NCBI GenBank assembly: GCA_000934665.2
Contig: JYFJ02000128.1
Location: forward strand, 124,001 to 169,711
Length of the DNA: 45,711 bases
Origin: Catajapyx aquilonaris
Lineage: Eukaryota
Direction of reading: 5' to 3'
This document shows, piece after piece, positions 12,020 to 24,500 of this stretch; positions within the stretch are counted from its first letter, which is position 1; every line of letters starts with the position of its first letter. The position numbers and the translations under genes are program-made. Under the pieces are notes generated by a model, which was not told where the DNA came from, did not search any database, and worked only from the letters and a program-made list of their open reading frames with translations.

Positions 12020-12335
12020 CTGAAATAGTAAGGTAATTAAATTCTTATTGACACTCTCTCCAACATGAAACATGCGACTCTTTCGGACTAATGATGTAGT
12101 CAGGTAGATTAGGAAGGAACTATGGCTATTTGGCTATTATAAGATGCAAAGGAGGGACAGATGGAGAGAGAAACGAAGAGAAAAAATAAGAGAGGAACTA
12201 CTGGTATCTCTCTTAGTCTTTCTCCTATCCTAAAGTCCTGTCCGACTGCCAGTAGCCAAATCTACTACTGCCATAGCTCTTTGGGTCATGGGAGAAAACC
12301 TAGAACTAGTCACAGCTGCCCAAATGACGGCTCAC

Positions 12336-12664
12336 TTGTGAAAGATCTTCTCCAGCAGCATCCTGGATCCCTTGGCCCCCTTGCTGAGCTCCTGCCCTCC
12401 CTCCCTGAAGCGTATGACCTCCCTTCCAAAGGCAGCCCTTGCGGCCAGGATGTCCTCCGCCTTCTTGGGCCTGATCTGCCTCATCAGGTCGTGCACCACC
12501 ACCCAGCGCTGCCCAGACCTGAGCGGGACGGAGGAGACCCAGAGCACCCCGAAGAGGACCAGGTAGATCCCCAGCGCCAGCAGGACCAAGGGCCGCTCCC
12601 CTGCCAGCCCCAGCCCAAACCGGGTCCACACCTCCAGCTGCTTTCTAAGCACCCGCAGCAGCAT
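12336..12664 (-). CDS. SDF4: SDF4/Cab45 coding exon 1 (signal/hydrophobic segment and start of first EF-hand)
   Basis: aagATG start; hydrophobic LVLLALGIYLVLFGVLWVSS; SRMLLEKIFHK resembles the Cab45 SRRKLMVIFSK helix; AA|GTGAG donor, phase 2. Confidence 0.85.
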
Positions 12665-14211
12665 CTTCAGTCAGGGGGCTACATCAGCAGGTCTGCTGCA
12701 AGTACCAAAAATGTCACACTGCGGCCCAACGCATGCAAACTGGTCGGAGCAAGGAAATAAGGCGGATATTACGTGCAGAGGCAAAGATGCGGCTTCTCCT
12801 TCCTGGTATTGTTTGTGTAAAGGTCAACTTTCACCGTCCTTCATCCCGTCTCCTCTGCACATTATTAAGACGCCACTCAACTGACTGTACCTGAGCAGAT
12901 CAGCCTTACATATGCTGGCCTTGAGTACAGTTGTGTTCGTGGTTTGTGTACCGGCTGACAGATGGCGGGGCAGCACTAATCAGGCGGGATGTACGATTTT
13001 TGTTAAGGTCAAATCTACTACAATTGGCTAGGCGTGACTTTGTCCCTGCACGAGTTGACTTATCACCTAGGTGCATGTAATTACCATAGACATCACATGG
13101 AGTGGGAGTACTATGCACAGGAGGAGTGCCACCTGGTAGTGGTCTGTAGCACTACGTCCAACTGGGGGGCGGGCAGGGCAGTGTTGCCAAATTTTGTTCA
13201 CTACTTAGTAGGCTGCATATTTGAAAAAGGCTGTACGTGTGTGTCTGGCATATTTTTACAGGTAAAGGTTCCGATGCACTGTGACTCAACCACTTTGTCC
13301 CTGCAGAAGGGGCTGCCAATTTTTGAGTGGATCCGTTATAGGTTCCTACCTGAATTGGTATGAAGTCCTGTGGACTGTAACGATTTGGGAGAACTGGGGG
13401 AAATGGTAACCTGGATTGGAAGAGCCACTCATGCAGACTTTTTGATCTGCGCTACTCCTATTGCAGTCATCAAGCAAATGAACCCTATTATAGCTGAATG
13501 AAGTAATGTACGATCATGTTTGCACTCTTTGGTTCGTTAGCTTCTATGCCTGCGGTGTATTTTTATATTCTCTTTTATGTCTGTGTAGACCAGACCTACA
13601 GCTCAGATGGCATATAACTGAACCTGTGAATGCCCACAGCAGAACTTGTGACAGGTGATATGCATATGTAATTACCTGCATTATTTAAACGAGGCATCAC
13701 GAATAAACACTGTACATTGCAGAGGTTGAAGCTTTTGGAGGCGCATGTCGGCCACCGGTATTGCGTCACTTTACTGTCTCGTGGATCATTATAACTATCA
13801 TAACGACACGTTACAGTTTACCTGTGCATTTTAATAAGCCTTACAAGTTACAGTAGCCTACATTGTAGCCTACATAACTTTAAAAAAAATGATTACCAGC
13901 AAAATTATCCAATACCACGTTTTATTGCATCTGCAACAGGTATAGTAATGTAACTAACACTTCCGTCTCTGCGATAGCATTTTACTACAGAAAATGAGTC
14001 ACTAATTTACATAATAATTGAATGACATTTGAAAATACAAATTCAAAATTAATATTCAATATCTCGAAAGTGGAAGTCCCCCCTTTTCAATGCTAAAATT
14101 TTATTATTTACAAATATCATCCCTTTGACTGTAATAATCAGCAATCATTTTTGCGTCAGTATAGCCTTGTATTATCATTATTACAGCAGCAATGCTTATT
14201 CATTACTATGA

Positions 14212-14404
14212 GTGACTTTATTCATCTCCGCAATAAGGTGTAAACTTAAATGGTATTTTGTTTAGGAAGTGGCAACTAACTAACCTAATTACATGTTAAA
14301 ATTAATACTGTAAAGTAATGCTGTAAAAAAGGTGCTTCCCCCTGTACAAGGGCCATGGCCCAACAGGGAAAAATAAAACTTATTATTATTAAAACTTATT
14401 ATTA
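14212..14404 (+). mobile_element. Short non-LTR retroelement copy (5'-truncated LINE 3' end or SINE) with target-site duplication
   Basis: Flanked by the 16-bp direct repeat TTATTCATTACTATGA (14196-14211 and 14405-14420); has a 3' stem-loop around GGGCCATGGCCC, then AATAAA and a (TTA)n tail. Confidence 0.75.
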
Positions 14405-15060
14405 TTATTCATTACTATGAATATTTGTAATACCGCAGATTATCTGATAAGCTATCAGCGTGTCGAAATGATTGCCTACAGTGGTGCATATACTGTGAAA
14501 ATGTTGATATGAGAGATACTCGATAAGCCTGCGATATAGATTATGAAACACTCTCATTACACAGATTTAAAAAAATACATTAATCACTAATGCTAACAGA
14601 ATACCATTTTTCACTATATTTTCTGGCCTCAATCGCAAGAAATAAATTGAAAATTTCACTACCCTCATCAACAATAGTGTATATAGGCATTACTGCAGGG
14701 TTTCTCTACACGCACTCCTCATATCCTCTCTCCCATATCGCACTACTCCCAGGTAAGAGATTCCGCCTACATAAACGGCCTCGTTGGCCCACACTTAATT
14801 TCTATCCCGACGACAGTTATGAGTTAATTTTCCTCCCCTCTCACCCACCATTCTCCTCTAAGAGACTATAATGGCCGGCTCCTAATTGCATCTGGGGAGA
14901 CGTTCCATCGGTTTCCTGCTACCCTATGCAATTTTCCTCCCTTCTAATTTCAATACCCCTCCTAAAAACACTTCTCTGAATGAAACTGTCCTCTCTCCCC
15001 CATTGAGTGGACCCTGAATGACAGCATGCCTCATTTATACCCCCCTTGCCACTTAATGAA

Positions 15061-15280
15061 ACTTACCGCACGTATTTCCAACCCACGCTCTCTGGCTTCG
15101 GTAGGAAAGGCATGGGTTGGAAGCATCAGAAGCGCGGAGAAGCCCGCGCAGTTCGGACTAACCCAAACTGCTGTCCTGCTACGACACACAGTGCGACACA
15201 CGTTGGTCATACCCACCAGAACATGTCAATCGGAGCACTGGTCCGGATCCGCTGCACGTGTTGGGCATACGTAAGGTACT
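15061..15280. promoter_or_regulatory. Candidate bidirectional promoter with non-coding first exons of SDF4 (-) and LHFPL6-like (+)
   Basis: CpG-rich patch with a minus-strand CG|GTAAGT donor (intron starting at 15066) and plus-strand donor-like sites at 15271 and 15276. Both genes have splice acceptors just upstream of their ATGs. Confidence 0.45.
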
Positions 15281-18200
15281 GTACGGAGTGTCACATTTTT
15301 AGCCAATTAATTAATGTGTCGTTAATGAATATGGAAGACTTACTTTACTAACAATGTTAGTTATTTGTCCCAAAATGTGTAGGCTATACCAATCCAACGA
15401 TGGGCAATTCTTGAGGTGTAAATCAAATCGATCAAATCTGGATGACATTTTTAGCACCATGCATTTTTGTCATACCACAGCTCGGCGGCCACATTCTGCC
15501 CTTTCATTCAGATCCACAGAAATTACATGGTGACGCCACCCTCTCGTATTTTTTGTTGTAACTGGGGGGCCTGTTGCTATCAATTCTGACAAGAGAATGG
15601 CGGGCAACCTATCATGATTACAAGCCTAAGGGCGCCTATTATAAAAGAAAGGAAAGGGGGGAAAAAGAGGGCGCTGAGCCTGTCATAAACCGGTTCTAAG
15701 TACCAGTGGCCACAATAAAGTTCAACAATATAGAAAGGCAGAAATGTATTACGCTGTGTTGAACTCATTATGTTTGTTGTCAGCTATCCAGTTATAATGA
15801 GCGATATAAGGCCACACAGATCAAGGACAGTGTGAAGTTCGCACATTTTGTCACGTACCGTATTCGTGAAAGAACGCGTAACTTTCACTAACTTTCGACT
15901 ATTGGAACAATTTATTCATAAAAAAATATTCGACCAACCTTTTTTTTTGCTCCCTGCTCCCCAAGTTCTGTCAGCACAATACATTAAATCCACATTCTAC
16001 AATAGGACGCCATAACTTGTCGTCACCGGACGAAACTTTTTGTCCCGGAATCCCCCCCAGATTTCCGGACCCTCAAACGGAAATGTCCTGCCCCCCACCC
16101 CCTCCTTCTTATACCGACTTGCGAATAGTGTCCCTGGCGAACAATTGTTTTTCGGACAAGCGGTTGAGCCCTGCACAAACTCTGCTGTCAAGATGTAAAA
16201 TTATGGGAGTCCTGAATTGGACTGGACCGCTCACAAAAAAAAGGAGGAAATATTTTTCTTCTTACATGAAAGGGTTGGGTGGACTTGAGATAAGAAGTTG
16301 CTTCTAGTGTGTTGGGATGGGCTATACACCGAGCCGGACGCACTGTAACTTGGCCTCCATAAAGATAAATCGAAACGAGAAACTAGGAAGAAAGTGAGGT
16401 TGGATGGGGCAAAAGATATTCTTTTTGTTTGGAGAAGGATGCTTTCTGAATGTGAGATAAGATTGTAAAAACGTGAGGGTCACTTCTAAGTTAGCAATTT
16501 CCAACAGCATTGGTGTTGAGTATGGTGTATACAGCATAGGCCGCCATTTTGAGTCCGAAATTGCAGATGCTAATTCATAGACATGATGGCGCCAAATTCA
16601 GCTTCAATAGAGTCCGCCCCATGTTTTTTTTTTTCTACATAGAGCGCATCATTTGCACATTTTCTTGGCATTGTTCGCTGGCATGTGAACCAGACCGAAT
16701 ATTTTCTTGTCGCTAACTCAACATGTTAGTAACGCCGCATATATCCATTTTAAAACTACGAGCCTGCCAGCTGAATGTATAGCTCTCGTATTAACCGTAA
16801 AATATGTATTGCATGGACTTGTCGGCTTATGCATACTAAACACTGGCCCAATTTCCATTCATTGACACAATACCCAATCACAGCCTTCTTCATAATTTAG
16901 TCTTGCCCCATAGCAAACGCAATTAACATCTGAAAAGGGGTGGCATAAACGTTGCTAACTACCATTTTTTTGTTTTGGAACCCGCAGACGAAATGAAATT
17001 GTCGCCCTCGTTAGTACGAACACTGGGGGCGAAAAATGGGCGCCGTTTCCAAAGAGCGACACATGAACACTGTCGCATAGTCCCCCCCAAAAAAAGCCAT
17101 CTCAATTGCCCTAGCTCCAGCCTGATTTACGACTGAGACCACGATTTCAGTCCCCGTGGACCTGCCTCACAAAACTGCGACTGAATTTGACGCAGTGTAT
17201 CGCACATATAAATTATCCCAGTGCAGTGTGCTTTGGATAAACGGCTACGTCACACAAGTTTTTTTAAAAAACAGAACAAGAGGCCTAGTACAACGTCACG
17301 CATTTAATTAATAGCACGGAAGCAGGAAAAAAGCAATAGCGAACGAATTATGTTAGCTGATGTCTGTGTAAGGGCCAGAAAAAAAAATGGACAGCTCATG
17401 ACCTGAATGAATCACGCTGTTAATTATCTGATAATTCGTGCAACGTGAAATCTCTTAATGTACAGCCCTGTTCAAATCCAGGGTGTTATTAACAGAGCGT
17501 GTTAAATAATTGCATGCAATATTTTTTTTGCTAACTGAATGTTCACACTTGTTAGGCAAAGTGGGTGTGCGGTAAAATATTGTAATGCGTATTTGGGCGA
17601 GAGGAATTCAATTAAAATGCACCGATATTGAATATTTTTGGGTAATGGGATTCGGATCGATCCACACGTCACGTCGCTGGGATATCAGTGTAGGGTCAGG
17701 TGACCTCCACTAAACAAAGCAAACGGGAGCTAATCTAGTTAATCGCAGATTGTGTTCCAAGCGGACGTATTCACCTGGCAAAAAAGTCAACTGCAGTGAT
17801 TGGTGTAAACGAGATACTGAAAAAAAACTGTGGGCAGTAGAGACTATACTGTTAAAGAGCCAAATCGCATTACTAACAATAATCACTGTTTTGTACTATC
17901 TAAAAAATCTGTTCACGTGCGCAAGAGTACAAATTGTCCAACGTACAAGTAGTAAAATTAAGGCCAAAAAATTCGATTACATCTATACAATCACAATTCA
18001 TTATCAGAGATTTCATATGAATCTGAATAGATCCAATAGATCTCATAGCACTTATTTCTTGCTCAACCAGTTGGTTTCTAGCACTTCCAATACAAAGCAT
18101 GATTAGTACCAGGCTGCAGTGCTATTGTGCAATACGATATGAAGGCATGTTCCTTGTTCGAGATACAAATCCCTCCTAGGAAACAATCAGAGAACTGATG

Positions 18201-18436
18201 AACAACGCCCTCTTCGGCTCAATCTAGATCCTCCCAATTTAATTAAATGTCAAGACGTAGACTGAGCCCGTCTTAGCTCGCACACTTGATGTTTTTTCCC
18301 CCCTTGTTTTCTTTCCAGGACCAGATGACGCTTTCAGAGCTCGCAGCCGTGTTGATTGTGCATTAACATCGAGCCAGACGCTGCCTCCAAACCAAATTGA
18401 ACACTATTTTCAAGTCAAGGAACTGTACTAGAGAGA

Positions 18437-18538
18437 ATGGCCACTAGTCTGACCGGCGTGGGGATATTTTGGGCCTTCCTGTCGCTGGTAGCTGCCCTTT
18501 TGTGCTGCTCCGGCTTCTACCTGCCATTCTGGATTCAG
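18437..18538 (+). CDS. LHFPL6: LHFPL6 (LHFP)-like tetraspan, coding exon 1
   Basis: MATSLTGVGIFWAFLSLVAALLCCSGFYLPFWIQ resembles the LHFPL6 N-terminus (MASSLTCTGVIWALLS...GFFMPYW). Exon begins at 18319 after a strong ttttctttccag acceptor; CAG|GTTAGT donor. Confidence 0.92.
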
Positions 18539-21500
18539 GTTAGTGTCACACTTCTTGAGACGTTTGTCGCGTCTTATTGGCCCAAGAGGCTGATACGTAC
18601 GAACTCCCGAGAGTGTGTGTCAGCCTCAATACACTCAGAAAATATTTAGTTGGACGAACCAAAATGTTTCATTCAATCCAGGTTCTACCAAGCACATGAT
18701 TAAGGTAACTTCAACCATTGTTTTTTACTGTAATATGCGAATAATTGAAAGCAAATGTTATTAGGGAAAATACCCTTGTTTATCCAACTCGCCGTGCGCT
18801 AATTGTCCGAGTGGAGCTCTAATTTCGTAAAACTGAGGGTCCTCTAATCCGCAGCTCTCGAGATGTTTCTATCCAACCTCTTCTCCCATGCAGACTTAAT
18901 TAAACGTCTCATGGCGTTGCATGTGCAGGAAACACTAGGGAGAGAACGAGTCTCGAACTTACCGAACCTTAATTACAAGGAGAGGGTGAAACATTTCGCA
19001 GTCGGCCTTTAACACTGCAGAATTTTCATAATGTAAAGAACCTCGCCGTAATAACTTTACGGTCCCCTTTTCTCCAGCTTTTTGGGGCTTTAGCCAGCCT
19101 TAAGGATGAGAGTTAAATAGTAGATCCGAGGATATGGGTGGAAAACTGAAGCGAATTATTCATGGGCCGGTGTTGGCTTAAGGAATTATAAATTACGGCC
19201 GCATGTGCATTTTGATGCGACTTTGGGGTCTCCATCGCGAAAGTACACAACGGGAATGAACCGTGTTTCTCGAAGGGGAAAAGAGCGTTGTAATTGAATT
19301 TGAGCTAGCGGAGAAATGTTGCTCATCTAGTATTCTTCTAATAATAATTCGCCAAAAAACCCTTAATTGGGTGTATAGAATCATCAGCTAAAGTGAAACA
19401 ATTTTCCAGTTAAAATTAAAGATTATTTTGACAATTTAAGTTATGCGTATAATACAAATCGTATTTTCTACCTAACTCAAATGTAGACCCAACAATGCGT
19501 CCTTTTGCGACTTTACCACCGCATACATACCGCGGCCAAGAATAAATGCCCGGCTTAGTGATACCTCGTAAACCATCCGAATATATACCAAAACGTTTGT
19601 TTGTGCACCAAGTCATCTACCCCCGTCTCTCTTGCTCCACCCCCCTCTGAACAAATTCCAGAGCTGAGCTCCCTCCCCACGCCGTTTAATGAGATTTCTC
19701 AGATTCTGCAACACAATTATCAAAGAGCGTCAGATAATTCCTTCCCTTTGTCGCCGAGACCCCGAGAACCTCGTCATTTGCTGGGGACTTTGTGGCACCG
19801 GGCCTTTTCGGCAAAGTGCATTCCGCAAACTCTCCGCCGGAGTTTACTGCTTCCTCAGCCTCTTCTCTTCTCTCCCAGAAGCCTCCCAGCACCAGCAGCT
19901 CAGAGATCATAATGGTCTATTAGTGAGGGACCAAAACGAGGCGCCTTGTCTATTTATGAGAGAACAGGAGGAGAGTTTGGCTCTGCAGAAATTAAGCCAG
20001 ATGAGGTAGATTCGATTCGGTTCTTGGCATGTTGCTGAGAGAGAAGAGGGGGTAAGGGAAGCCTCTAAACCCGGAGGCTGTGGGTTTCGGTCCGGTTGGG
20101 TTGCGAAAGGCGATGAAAATGAGGTATCTTTGGCTGCTTAATGGGGGATTAAGGAGGGATTAGCTGGGGAGAAGCTGGCAGGTATTCTCTTGGCCCAATG
20201 TATAGGGATAGAGGACGTAAGCGTCAGCTTAAGCTTAACGTTGAGGATTTTGGAGATGATGAGAAACAAATGTTGGAGGTACACCCTGTGAAATTATAGC
20301 AGCATGAACCAGATCATTTGGAGTAAGCAGTGTGGTCACAAATTGTCGACAAATATTTCCAATTACAGTGTAATAGAATAATTCGCTTGATTCGAGGACG
20401 TCACACATTCCACAGTATCCCAAATTCAGTTACGGGTCAATGTTTGAGTGGGGAAAACATGCTCTGAAAGCAGTTTTGTTGTCAATGAGAAAACTTTGCT
20501 ATGCCAACAAATCATTTTGTCACTCTGTAACATTTACAAAATGTACAGGATTACGTTGGACTGGACACCTAATCTTTGTTGCTGCAAATTGCTTTGTTGT
20601 CCAATACTTTATATCGGCTACAAAATCTCCGGGTCTGTGTAACGTGTGCGATATTAAACCAGCTTATATACCTTGACCAAATAAGTCTCCAAAGTCACAT
20701 TAGACATTATTATGTAAATCATAAGCTTACTTTTTGTACATTAATAGTTATTTTGATAAAATAATCAGACTGGAATTTGGTGTGGTAATAGGCATGCAGT
20801 TATCTATAGTTGAATCCAACTGGTTCGTGTACAGCGTGAAGTACCTCGCCCACTATAATTAGTCATTATTCGCTGTGATTACATAATACTGTACTGTCAC
20901 AGTTACTGATAATTAACTGCATCACATAGAAATCAGGACTAAAAGGTTGCAGGAAGAATTAAAATAATAAATTAGAAATTTAGGTACTACGACAGTCACA
21001 GTAAATGTCCAATGTCCTATCCTATAATAAATCATGAGGCCAGACACCATTCAAGTTGCACTTATCCGGATCGACAAACTGGACAGCCATAAAGTGAACA
21101 AAGATTGGGGGCACCCTTCCTACAAAACAACATTTATTAAGGCGTCGCCGTATGCGTGGGCCAAGCATCGTGACAGCTTAGCAAGGATGTTACGCAAAAG
21201 ACAGGATTTGCGAATATGTCTGGGCATATCTCTCCTCTGAGATCACACCCTTTTTTTTGACCTCGCTTCCGTTTAGCATTGGAGACAAGCATGATAAGCC
21301 AACTATGTGATAATATCTTGCCGGTTGTTGACACCAATATTTTGTAACACTCGCTCTCGGAATTACAATGTATGAAAGAATATCCTGAATCGAAGAATCT
21401 GAAAGATATATAAGGACACTAGCATCTGGATCTCGTATATTTTATCAACGTAAAAGTTGGACTTTTGCCTTCCTTTTTGTATTGATAGTAGGCTATAAAT

Positions 21501-24500
21501 AATGTAAGGCTTTGAAGTCGGAAGTTGACAACGTGCTCCGGAGCGCCTTTTACAAGAGTCCTCATCTATACTTTTTACAGTGCTTTATTTATCCATGCCA
21601 TACATTGAATGGAAAATCACTTCAGATATCTCCGGCCATTTCTTTACAATGTCCTACAAATTGATGAATCTCGCCTCTGGAGTGTGTTTTCACACCCTGA
21701 CTAATGACCAATTGCTGATGTCAGAATGAACTCATGAGTTGAAAAGATCATCAACACTTCATACAAAAAAATGAAAGCAAGAAAATTCCCTAGTGTCCAA
21801 TCTCTCAGCAGCTAAATAATAAATGGTCCACAAATCTTTACAGGACACTGCCCAATGCATACAAGAACCCGACACCTGCACAGAATACGTCCAATAATCG
21901 CTCCATTACACTTTAATTAAATGTTACACGCCCGGATTACCCCCATCGTTTAACCTCCCGCTACCCACTATACACTGTATAGAGCATGAAAAATTGACAG
22001 CTAATGTAGCGCCTAGGCGTGAGCCGTGGGATTAGATGACACAATTCATCACTCCAATGACGCATGACACGAGTGTTAACGTTCATTAGGGTTAAGCCAA
22101 ACGGCGACGCATTTAGCAGATAAAAGAGGATCAAGGCGTCCGTATGCCGCAGTGATTAATCGCGCATTGCGCTCAAACCAGTCTCAAAGAAAAGGCCGGG
22201 CGCAATTTTGGGTTTCCCCAAAAAAGGGCCAGAAATGGCTAGGGAAATGGCACGGATTGGTCCCAAATCCATCACCTGTGGGCTATAAAAGTGAGTGGGA
22301 TTAAAACCGATGGCCCACAGGGTTGACAGCTGCGAGGCTCTCCCGGCAGTTGCAATGCCTCATGGGAAACTCCATCAGGGCCCTACATGGCTATTGGGTT
22401 AGTCCTATGCAAGGTACACTATAGATCTGGCTTCTGGCCTGAAAAAAAAATCCTGAATTCGAACATAACTTTTGGCCAGATCGATCGTATGCAAATGCGA
22501 TAGGCCATTAAGAGCCTAATTGCACCTTCAACCCCAAGCAATTTGAATGGGAAAAGGGGGGCTCATTGTCAGTTCCTTATCGGAACCGATTACTAATCGC
22601 CCAATCACATTTCTTACGCTCCAGTTCAGGGATTCTACCGGGATAATACCCATTCTTTTACCGTCCTATGTGAGAGGCTCGAAAAAAACTGGGGTATAAT
22701 CTCCTAGTCTTTTTTACGTGATTAATCGCTCAGATTAGAGACAAACAGGGAGCGCTCTATCATTATTAACGCTACGGTAATTAAGGGCTGTTCCAAGGCA
22801 GAACTTGACGGGTTAAACGGTAGGCACAAGTACAACCCATGAGACAGCCAGTTGCAATCGGGTTGACATACGCTCGATTGGAAAACGCGTTTAATTAAAC
22901 CCAAATCCCCCCACCCCCACCCTCGGCTGATTTTAAACAGATTATCGCAACACTGTTTGTTCCCTGACGATAAAACAGTGCGGTTTAACCATGTACCGTA
23001 AATTAAATGCGCGTCTGGCGTTAATTGCACTCTCTCTTCAGGGATGTCCAGAAGAGTAGGGCTTCCTCTCGTCCTATGTTGTAATTAATCTTAGGGCGTC
23101 CTCATCGGGCACGTATATAAAAACCAGGGGAGGAAAAGTCAATCCCAGGCCCAGCTATTGTGATGGTGTCACGCCATTAAGCCTTCGATCATCTGCCAAC
23201 AGAGAGGGGGCATTATGGGCTTTGTTCATCGCCTTCCTGCCCGCCCAACAAAAGAAGCCAAGGAAGAGGTAGGGGAGGTAGGGGGAGAATCTGTGTTATT
23301 GTAAGGTAACCCTGCCCAAAAATCGCACCGGGAGCTTTTCAGGTTCATTTCTGAAGAAGCGTTGCATTCAGGGTGAGATTTTTAATCAGTGATATAGCTA
23401 GGGCAATCTACGGCACAAAAGTTAATCATGAAGGGTGTGGCTTTTGGAGACCTGCGACTCGATAGATAAGTCCACGGCTTTGTTGACCCAGATCAATCGG
23501 TATACCTCACCTGCCAAAAAAGGCAATAATTCCACAAAGTAATCAGGGATTGCTCTCAGGCTTCAATCAAAATTAATATCAACTTTTTTCATTATATTTA
23601 GGCCCAAATAAAAATAATGCAAGAACCCTTATAGGCCATGTTATTTAAAATGTAGTGTAATCCCTCGTGTAATCCAATTTAAAAAAAAGCAAACAACGGC
23701 AAACAACATTACACGGTATAGTAACTACCAATAAAAAACCTTCATAATTTGCCAAAAGGCAACTTCAGGCTCCCTCAACTTTTCGAATCCCTGAATGGGA
23801 ATAAAAGTTTCCGCAAAAATTCTGAAAAAAACCCCAAGCTCGAAACTGGAATTATTCGAGAGCCTAGTGGGCCTCTGATAAATCCAAGGGTGCGGTCAAA
23901 ATTGGAAGCAATGGGGGACTGCGCTTGAGTGGCGGTCCACATTCAGACTGTAATTTTATTCCTTCCGATTCTCGGAATCTGCACTTTCCGAACTTTGCCT
24001 TTTTTTATAAAAAAAGGTCGAAACTTTTGGAAATGCATTCCCTTTGAGACTCAGTAAGACATGCATAGGCTCTGATTTTTGTCCAACACGCAAGGTCTGA
24101 CTCTCTGACAAGAGAATTAGACATTTTCTTTTCCAACAAGGCGTCTCCTGGAACATTTACCATCACATTTCAGGCCCCTCATCCGTGACGGAAGATTGCT
24201 CCCAAAATGCCCCTGGTTCTATTGCCAGTCAGTCTATCTCAAATAGGATCCTTGAGCAAAGGATGAAACGTCAAGGGAGGCCTGTCATCATTATGCCACG
24301 CCGAAAAAGTGGATGCGTCAACAGCCGTGTCAGGCTCTTGTGATGCCCAACTCCCGGATGAATTCTGTCTGATTTTTCTCTCCAGGAAAGAAATGTGGCA
24401 AAAAAGTTGGGAGTAAAAAATAGACCACATGTGAGTGTGCAGGACAGTAATTATCCTTTCCTAGTAGTGCGCGGTTCTAGGAATGGTTAAAAAAATAGTA

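Noticed and set aside
12161..12760. 199-aa plus-strand ORF
   Set aside because: Antisense shadow of the GC-rich SDF4 exon; P/Q/H-rich with no recognisable domain.
17466..17483. T-loop/B-box-like CCCTGTTCAAATCCAGGG
   Set aside because: No cloverleaf or A-box upstream, so not a tRNA.
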